A stretch of 64,000 nt of DNA from positions 3,905-67,904 of the forward strand of contig JAZTWI010000011.1 of assembly GCA_045635805.1 (NCBI GenBank), given 5' to 3'. The translations under genes were made by a program, and so were the position numbers. Source of the stretch: Clostridia bacterium (GTDB lineage Bacteria > Bacillota > Clostridia > Christensenellales > UBA1242). Numbering within the stretch: the stretch's first letter is position 1; every line of letters begins with the position of its first letter. Of the stretch, positions 57,388 through 64,000 are shown piece after piece. The notes beneath the pieces are model-generated. The model saw only the letters and a list, made by a program, of their open reading frames with translations, did no database searches and was not told the DNA's origin.

Positions 57388-59145
57388 TTAAAATTGTGCG
57401 TTATATAATCCTGCATAGACTTTGCCTAGTTTTAATAGTTCCTTATGTGTGCCTTTCTCTACAATACGGCCGTCTTTCATAACTAGTATTACATCGGCAT
57501 TAACGATAGTAGATAGTCTATGAGCAATGATGATACTAGTTCTATTTTCTAGTAATTTATCCATCGCTTTTTGGATAAGTACTTCTGTTCTAGTATCTAC
57601 GCTACTAGTCGCTTCGTCTAGGATTAGCATAGGTGCATTGTGTAGCATTGCTCTAGCGATAGTGAGCAGTTGCTTTTCACCAGAACTAAAGTTGCTATCT
57701 TCATTTAATACCATATCATAGCCTTTTGGTTGAGACTTGATTAGGTGATGAATTCCTGCAGCCTTACATACAGCAATGATATCTTCGTCTTTAATGTTTT
57801 CTTTGCCATATGCGATATTTTCTTTGATAGTGCCTTCAAATAACCAAGTATCTTGGAGTACCATACCAAAAAGTTTTCTTACGTTCTTTCTATTTAAGTC
57901 TCTGATATCTACGCCATCTATCAATATTCTACCACTGTCTACTTCGTAGAATCTCATAAGTAGATTAACAAGAGTAGTCTTACCAGCACCCGTAGGGCCA
58001 ACGACTGCTACCTTTTGTCCTGGTTTAATATTTACAGATAGTTCGTGTAAGATTTGTTTAGCAGGAGTGTAACCGAAGTTTACGTTCTCAAATGTTAGTG
58101 AGCCTTTAATATCTTTTAGTTCCATTGTTTTATGACTCTCATCTTCTTGAGATGGCTCGTCTAGGAATTCAAAGATTCTCTCTGCTGCAGCAACGGTTGT
58201 CTGAATTGTGCCCGATATAGACGCTATCTGTCCTACTTGGTTATTAAACATACGGTAGTATATAACAAATGTTGTAACAATAGTTACAAAAGATATATCT
58301 TTGATAGTCATAATACAACCAATGATAATAATTATAGCATAACCCATATTACCAAATAGAACCATAAATGGGTGCATTAATCCAGATAAAATATTACCCT
58401 TGATAGAAGTACTAAATAGTCTCTTATTAATATTATCAAATTTTTCACAAGCCTGGTCTTCGGCATTGTAAATAGATACTACATTGTGTCCAGAATATAT
58501 CTCTTCGATATGTCCATTGATATCTCCTAGAGCATCCTGTTGCATCTTAAAGTATTTTTGGCTTACTTTGAAGATAAAGCCTAGAATCAGAAGACTTATA
58601 GGAAGTACACAAAGTGCAATAAGTGTTAATTTCCAGGAATAATTAAACATCATAATGATACTACCTATGATTGTCGCAATACAGGTAATCATAGAACTAA
58701 GTGAATTAGATAGAGTATCACTGAGTAGGTCTACGTCATTGGTAACTCTAGATAGTACATCGCCATAAGGTGTAGAGTCTAAGTATCTTAGTGGTAAATT
58801 ATTTATTTTATGAGAGATTTTACCACGGAAGTCTTTAGACATTCTAGCAGTAACGCCACTCATTAGGTAGTTCTGTATAAATGCGAAGGCAAAACTACTC
58901 ACGTATATGATAATCAGTCCTATTCCTAGTTTAGTAATAGCCGACATCTCTACAGGCTGTCTTACTATATAACTAGCAATCTTCTGTATTTGGTTTGGAC
59001 CTACTATTCCTAGTATTGTACTAGACGCAGCACAAAGCAAACCAAATACTATCTGCCAAGCATATGCTTTTAGGCTAAATAAAAGTTGTTTAATTGATTT
59101 TTTAAAGTTCTTTGCTTTAAACGTTTGTTTCATTGGAGGTGGCAT
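57388..59145 (-). CDS. ABC exporter fused permease/ATPase, canonical-site half of a heterodimer
   Basis: Six TM helices plus an NBD with Walker A GPTGAGKTT, the signature FSSGEKQ and Walker B LILDEATSSVD. The RBS AAGGAGG lies inside the upstream gene and the start is 1 nt after that gene's stop. Confidence 0.85.
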   Translation of the reverse strand: MPPPMKQTFKAKNFKKSIKQLLFSLKAYAWQIVFGLLCAASSTILGIVGPNQIQKIASYIVRQPVEMSAITKLGIGLIIIYVSSFAFAFIQNYLMSGVTARMSKDFRGKISHKINNLPLRYLDSTPYGDVLSRVTNDVDLLSDTLSNSLSSMITCIATIIGSIIMMFNYSWKLTLIALCVLPISLLILGFIFKVSQKYFKMQQDALGDINGHIEEIYSGHNVVSIYNAEDQACEKFDNINKRLFSTSIKGNILSGLMHPFMVLFGNMGYAIIIIIGCIMTIKDISFVTIVTTFVIYYRMFNNQVGQIASISGTIQTTVAAAERIFEFLDEPSQEDESHKTMELKDIKGSLTFENVNFGYTPAKQILHELSVNIKPGQKVAVVGPTGAGKTTLVNLLMRFYEVDSGRILIDGVDIRDLNRKNVRKLFGMVLQDTWLFEGTIKENIAYGKENIKDEDIIAVCKAAGIHHLIKSQPKGYDMVLNEDSNFSSGEKQLLTIARAMLHNAPMLILDEATSSVDTRTEVLIQKAMDKLLENRTSIIIAHRLSTIVNADVILVMKDGRIVEKGTHKELLKLGKVYAGLYNAQF

Positions 59146-59146
59146 A

Positions 59147-60865
59147 TTATTTAACCTCCTTTTTTACCTGGGAATCATAGATTTCCTGATAAACTTTATT
59201 TGATTTTAGTAGTTCCTTATGAGTTCCCATACCTACCATCTTACCATCATCTAGTACGATGATTTTATCGGCAGTAGCAATAGTACTAACTCTCTGGGCT
59301 ACTATAAATGTAGTGATATCTTTAGTATTCTTCTTAAGTTCTGCCCTTAAGGTTTTATCTGTCTTAAAGTCAAGAGCAGAGAAACTATCGTCAAATATAA
59401 AGATTTCTGGTTTCTTTGCAATCGCTCTAGCGATAGATAGTCTCTGTTTCTGTCCACCAGAAAAATTCTTACCACCTTGAGCAACAGTATGTGTATAGCC
59501 ATCTTCTAATTTCTCAATAAATGTACATTGAGCGATAGATAGGGCTTTTTCTATTTCTTCGTCGGTTATGTCGTCTTTAGCAACTTTCATATTGCTAGTG
59601 ATATCTCCACTGAATAGGTTTGCTTTCTGTGGAACGTAACCAATTTTATCGTGAAGACTCTCTAGCGTATATGCTTTAACATCTATTCCGTCTACTAGTA
59701 CCTGACCACTAGTAACATCGTAAAATCTAGGTATTAGATTAATAAGTGTACTCTTACCACTACCGGTTGAACCGATAAATGCTACAGTCTCGCCTTTCTT
59801 TACCTTAAATGATATATCTTCTAGCACAGGCTCTTCGGCATCTGGGTACTTAAATGTAACATTTCTAAATTCTACTGTACCTAGGGCTTCGCTTTTAGAT
59901 ATTTCGCCATCTTTGATACTATTCTCGGTGTCTAGTACTTCATTAATTCTCCTGAGTGATACTATACCCCTAGGTATCATAACAAACATAAGTGTTATGA
60001 ACATAAAACTCATAATGATATGCATACTAAACTGTGTAAATGCTGTGATTTGAGCAAATCTAAGACTACCGATATTAACTAAATGTGCACCTACCCAATA
60101 TATAGCCAGAGTCATACAGTTCATTATTAAACTAAGTGCTGGGTTAAGTAGTGACATTGTTCTATATAGGAATAGATTAGTCTTAGTAAGCTTAATATTG
60201 GCTTCATCAAATTTCTCTTCTTGGTATTCTTCGCCATTGTATGCTCTAACTACTCTAATACCTGTTAGGTTTTCTCTAGTAACTAGATTTAGTCTATCTG
60301 TATTTTTCTGCGCAATACTAAATTTAGGTAGTACGAAAAATATCATTGTTATTAGCATAGTTAGCATTACAATTAGAAAAGCAAGTGAAGTTAGAGACAA
60401 TTCAAAACTACTCTCGGTAATTCTAAGAATAGCAAATAGTGCCATAAATGGTGCTGTGAACATCATAGTGAGCATCTGTTGAAAAGTTCTCTGTACTTGT
60501 GCTACGTCATTAGTTGACCTAGTAATAAGGCTACTAGTACTGAATTTATTAATCTCAACACTAGAGAAACTATTTACTTTATCAAATATCTGTCTTCTTA
60601 TATTCTTTGCTAGTCTACTAGATATAAATGACGCTAGAGAAAATTTAATAATATTAGCAGTAAATGTTACTAGTCCTACGATTATCATCTTATACCCAAC
60701 AGCCCAGAAGTCGGCAGCAGTTGCTCCTGTTCCTACTAGTCCTACCATAGACGCTGTATAGCCTATAAAGTCCATCTCAAAGTATGTCTGGGCTATAACT
60801 GCACCAATAGTTATCGCTATAAGAATATAATCATAGAACTTTAAATTCTTAAAAATTCTACTCAT
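59147..60865 (-). CDS. ABC exporter fused permease/ATPase, degenerate-site half of a heterodimer
   Basis: Walker A GSTGSGKST and signature FSGGQKQ. Walker B reads IFIFDDSFSALD, with Asp in place of the catalytic Glu, as in LmrC/EfrC-type partners. Confidence 0.85.
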   Translation of the reverse strand: MSRIFKNLKFYDYILIAITIGAVIAQTYFEMDFIGYTASMVGLVGTGATAADFWAVGYKMIIVGLVTFTANIIKFSLASFISSRLAKNIRRQIFDKVNSFSSVEINKFSTSSLITRSTNDVAQVQRTFQQMLTMMFTAPFMALFAILRITESSFELSLTSLAFLIVMLTMLITMIFFVLPKFSIAQKNTDRLNLVTRENLTGIRVVRAYNGEEYQEEKFDEANIKLTKTNLFLYRTMSLLNPALSLIMNCMTLAIYWVGAHLVNIGSLRFAQITAFTQFSMHIIMSFMFITLMFVMIPRGIVSLRRINEVLDTENSIKDGEISKSEALGTVEFRNVTFKYPDAEEPVLEDISFKVKKGETVAFIGSTGSGKSTLINLIPRFYDVTSGQVLVDGIDVKAYTLESLHDKIGYVPQKANLFSGDITSNMKVAKDDITDEEIEKALSIAQCTFIEKLEDGYTHTVAQGGKNFSGGQKQRLSIARAIAKKPEIFIFDDSFSALDFKTDKTLRAELKKNTKDITTFIVAQRVSTIATADKIIVLDDGKMVGMGTHKELLKSNKVYQEIYDSQVKKEVK

Positions 60866-61048
60866 AATTCTCCTTTTATTTTTATTTTCTTTCCACTCTC
60901 AATTTTATACTAATATATAATATTAGTAAACCAAATTTATTATGAACTTTTCTAGACTAACAAAATATTGTTGCAAAGTCAACGAGAATTTAGACAAATT
61001 ACATATAAGATGCGTAATATATTGTATATATTAATTTTCAGAAACGTA

Positions 61049-61077
61049 TTGAAATTGGTTTTTCACTATGCTAAAAT
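61049..61077 (+). promoter_or_regulatory. Promoter of the 61116 gene
   Basis: TTGAAA (61049-61054), a 17-nt spacer, then TGcTAAAAT (-10 at 61072-61077). Confidence 0.55.
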
Positions 61078-61115
61078 ATTACTACATTATAAATAATTAG
61101 AAGGTGGAACTAATT

Positions 61116-63155
61116 ATGATAAAAGAAGGTAATTATAGTTGGCTAGACTATGAGAGTTTTAGGCCAAAACTAATAGACGTATTTACAGAGTATTATGGGG
61201 ACGAACACGCAAATACTATAGATAGTAGAGTTAATTCTATTAAATATATACCATATCATACCTTTGAGTATGTCAATGAATACTACAAAAGATTTATTAT
61301 GCAATATCGTGATGATATTCTTAATAACTTTTTTGCTGTGACTAAGATGAAAAGAAATCCTGACAGAGAAAGTGTACTACTACCTGTAGATGCTAAAAGT
61401 CTAGATGAAAGCGATTTACTAACTCTAGTAGACCCATCAATATTTTATATGCAAGAAGGTGGTATTACTAAAGAGACTCTACAGAAACTAGAGAAGATGA
61501 AGAGAAGGGCTTGTGGACAATTTGGTATACACTTAACCGACCCTAAAGTAGATGAGAAATTAGTAAAAATAAGAAATCTACTCATTGGCGCTATCAAGCA
61601 AACCGAGAGAGACCATCCTTGTGATGTATTTGATGATATGCAGACTCTAGATAATAACTACAATAGAGCATACAGAGAATTATTACTATATGCACAGAAA
61701 TTAGGTTTTGATTTCAGTGTAGACGATAAAAAGATTATCAATACTTCATCTAATCTAATGCTAGACAAGGACAGACTAGATAGTGATGGAATATTTTTCC
61801 ACTACGATATATCTATGCCAGGCGTTATGGACGCATATACTAGTATCGCTGATGAAATACTCAGTAAGAAAGGTAAAGACGATACTAGATATCTAATATA
61901 TTTTAAACGTCTAGAGTATATGAGAATATGTGGTGTACCATTTGCTACAATGAATATAGACGACTTCACTGTAATTAACCCAGCAATACTTAGTGACGAG
62001 ACTAAAAAGATGTTAGAAACTGAGTATTTATATCAAATGGAGCACGGTGAAGACATACCAGAAATTCCTAGTGATATAGCCGATAAATTAGAAATCAAGA
62101 GAAAGGGATTAGTAGATATGCTCTTTGATAACTGTAAGTTTGATGCTAATCTAAGGCCTACTAAACCATACGGCTATGACCATAGCAGTGATTCAAGTAC
62201 ACAGTTCTTTATGGTACCTGAGAACAAAAGGGGTAAAGTCCATAGAATGGGTAGATTTATCTACTTCTGCGAAGACGAAAATATTACTCCTGAGAGTAGA
62301 TTAAGTAATATGTTACACGAGAATAATCACGCTCTATCTAATCACTTACTAGTTAAAAACTACAGACAGGGTGAAGAGAGAACAGGACTAGAAGTTCAAG
62401 AAGTAGATATATTCGGTAACGATATAGTAGCAACTACTGGTTTTGACCCATTTATTAGAGCAATTATGGAGAACTCTAATGAAAAACAAACCAAGGAATT
62501 ACTAGACTTATTTATCAAAAAATTCGGTAATGTTATGCCTACTAGTGATATTCAAATTCCACAACACGAATTTGTAGCATTATATAGATATAGTGACTTC
62601 TTAACACAAGAATTTTACTCTATATTTGGTACTGCTATTAAGAGATTTAATGTAGACCCAGACTATGATATTTACTTCAAAAAGAGTGTATCAGATACAC
62701 TACTTGGTAGAATAAAGGGACACATTACTAGAAAAATAGACAGAAAATTTAGACCAGAAGAGTACGCAGGAGAGACAGGCGTAGTTGATTATGAGAAGGT
62801 AAGAAGACTAGGTGCACTCATTAGTGAATGGGAGCAAGACTATGTACTACAAGGAGTAGTAGAAGGTGTAACTCCAGATGACTTAATTAGGGGTGTTAAA
62901 CTAGAAGAATTAGAACCTGCTGTTATTAAAAAAATCTTCTCACTCAGAAGGCAAAAAGACGTAATCATGGAAGGTATGATTGACGACTTAACTAGATACA
63001 CACAGCTTAGAAATATGCAGGAATTAATACTATCTCCAGAGCAACTAGCAGCACTAGGATTAAGTGAAGGAGTAGACACTACAGTACCTGTTACTTTAGA
63101 TATAACCGACGCTATGAAGGGTGGTTATGTAGACGAAGACCAGATGGAAGACTAG
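61116..63155 (+). CDS. Uncharacterised 679-aa cytoplasmic protein with an HExxH motif (putative zinc-dependent hydrolase)
   Basis: The start was set at the ATG at 61116, after AAGGTGGA. LHENNHALS (HENNH at 62316-62330) is followed about 45 aa later by IMENSNE. There is no signal peptide. It is a paralog of the convergent downstream gene. Confidence 0.55.
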   Translation: MIKEGNYSWLDYESFRPKLIDVFTEYYGDEHANTIDSRVNSIKYIPYHTFEYVNEYYKRFIMQYRDDILNNFFAVTKMKRNPDRESVLLPVDAKSLDESDLLTLVDPSIFYMQEGGITKETLQKLEKMKRRACGQFGIHLTDPKVDEKLVKIRNLLIGAIKQTERDHPCDVFDDMQTLDNNYNRAYRELLLYAQKLGFDFSVDDKKIINTSSNLMLDKDRLDSDGIFFHYDISMPGVMDAYTSIADEILSKKGKDDTRYLIYFKRLEYMRICGVPFATMNIDDFTVINPAILSDETKKMLETEYLYQMEHGEDIPEIPSDIADKLEIKRKGLVDMLFDNCKFDANLRPTKPYGYDHSSDSSTQFFMVPENKRGKVHRMGRFIYFCEDENITPESRLSNMLHENNHALSNHLLVKNYRQGEERTGLEVQEVDIFGNDIVATTGFDPFIRAIMENSNEKQTKELLDLFIKKFGNVMPTSDIQIPQHEFVALYRYSDFLTQEFYSIFGTAIKRFNVDPDYDIYFKKSVSDTLLGRIKGHITRKIDRKFRPEEYAGETGVVDYEKVRRLGALISEWEQDYVLQGVVEGVTPDDLIRGVKLEELEPAVIKKIFSLRRQKDVIMEGMIDDLTRYTQLRNMQELILSPEQLAALGLSEGVDTTVPVTLDITDAMKGGYVDEDQMED

Positions 63156-63169
63156 AAAATAAATACACA

Positions 63170-63211
63170 AAAAATAATATCCATTAGCTAATTTCTAATG
63201 GATATTTTTAT
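63170..63211. terminator. Bidirectional terminator between the convergent paralogs
   Basis: ATATCCATTAG-ctaattt-CTAATGGATAT flanked by an A-run and a T-run. Confidence 0.75.
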
Positions 63212-63242
63212 TTTATTATTTTAGGCTATATTTAGCCGATTT

Positions 63243-64000
63243 TTATTTACCTTCTGGGTCCATCTCAAAGAATACATCAGCTACCATTGTAGGTTCATAT
63301 GAACTTCTATTTCTTCTCACTACTTGATGGTCAAGAGAGAGTCTTTTCATTACCCTATCTTTTCTATCTATAAATTCTGTAATCTTAGTTCTCTGGTATT
63401 TAGGTAATTTATATAGAAGTGGTTTAGTATAGTCTACAGGTATAGAATATTGCATATGATGGTCACTAGAGAATTGTCTATACTCGGTAATTATTCTAGC
63501 AAGTTCTACTACTGCTGAATAATCTATTCTACCGTTACCAGCATTTCTAGGAGATATTACTCTACTTACCCTTTCCTTTATAAGTGAAACAATACTTCCA
63601 GGAGACTTTTTCTCAGTGTGTGGTGTATAGTCATAGAAAAGTGGAATATTCTCTACCTTAGATTTCTTTAGTTCTGGTGAGAACATCTCATAAAATCCAT
63701 TTGCTAAAAATCCAAAGTTTTCGTACAGACTAGAAAATCTATTATTTTTCTTACCAACAGACAGGTCACTACTAGGCATATATGGTACACCAAACTTTTT
63801 AATATATAGTTCGGTTAGTTCTTTAGTTTGCATTTGATTACAATACTCTTCTAGATTGTCTAGTTCGTGGTCAAATACTTCTTCTTTTACTTCACCATCA
63901 ATAACTTTTAGTCTACTAACAGCAACACCCCTAGTTTTAATAACTTTATCATGACCTAATTTTCTATGATTATAGAAAGAAATTGCGTGGTCAAGTTCGT
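63243..64000 (-). CDS. Paralog of the 61116 gene, C-terminal part (5' end outside the window)
   Basis: The frame stays open from 63833 up to the window edge, reading ELDHAISFYNH...QTKELTELYIKKFG. It aligns with ...HENNHALSNH...QTKELLDLFIKKFG of the neighbouring gene. Confidence 0.6.
   Translation of the reverse strand, partial: ELDHAISFYNHRKLGHDKVIKTRGVAVSRLKVIDGEVKEEVFDHELDNLEEYCNQMQTKELTELYIKKFGVPYMPSSDLSVGKKNNRFSSLYENFGFLANGFYEMFSPELKKSKVENIPLFYDYTPHTEKKSPGSIVSLIKERVSRVISPRNAGNGRIDYSAVVELARIITEYRQFSSDHHMQYSIPVDYTKPLLYKLPKYQRTKITEFIDRKDRVMKRLSLDHQVVRRNRSSYEPTMVADVFFEMDPEGK

Overview
This is a chromosomal segment of a low-GC (about one-third GC), probably anaerobic Bacillota-type bacterium using the standard genetic code. 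All calls come from reading the ORF translations and the DNA by eye. No database search was run.

Housekeeping genes:
- tdk (partial) and queH
- ktrB and ktrA
- radC and a degV-family gene
- rubrerythrin
- serS and tyrS, each behind a T-box leader
- gyrB and gyrA
- one tRNA-Glu(CUC)
- a ketopantoate-reductase-like gene, a yqeY-like gene and an M20 deacylase
- a heterodimeric ABC exporter pair

No transposase, integrase, CRISPR array or rRNA is visible.

The most system-like region is a tightly packed seven-gene minus-strand locus at 10215-27369. In transcription order it encodes:
1. a 3478-aa lipobox-anchored multi-Fn3/Ig adhesin with a C-terminal GLUG beta-helix
2. a SipW-type (archaeal/ER-type) signal peptidase
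3. three TasA/BsaA-like secreted subunits carrying SipW-type signal peptides
4. a membrane-anchored fourth TasA-like protein with a Pro/Ser-rich cytoplasmic tail
5. an 819-aa transglutaminase-like lipoprotein

Other observations worth a second look:
- A beta-helix lipoprotein gene has foreign codon usage. Its promoter carries a G10 tract exactly in the -35/-10 spacer, making it a phase-variation candidate.
- A roughly 430-nt structured non-coding region next to tRNA-Glu contains duplicated copies of the tRNA 3' end.
- An orphan-gene island has consensus promoters, TAGCCAT-type repeats and 10-bp iteron-like repeats.
- A cardiolipin-synthase-like protein has lost both catalytic HKD histidines.
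- Two divergent HExxH paralogs lie in convergent orientation.
- CTAG is strongly over-represented across the window.
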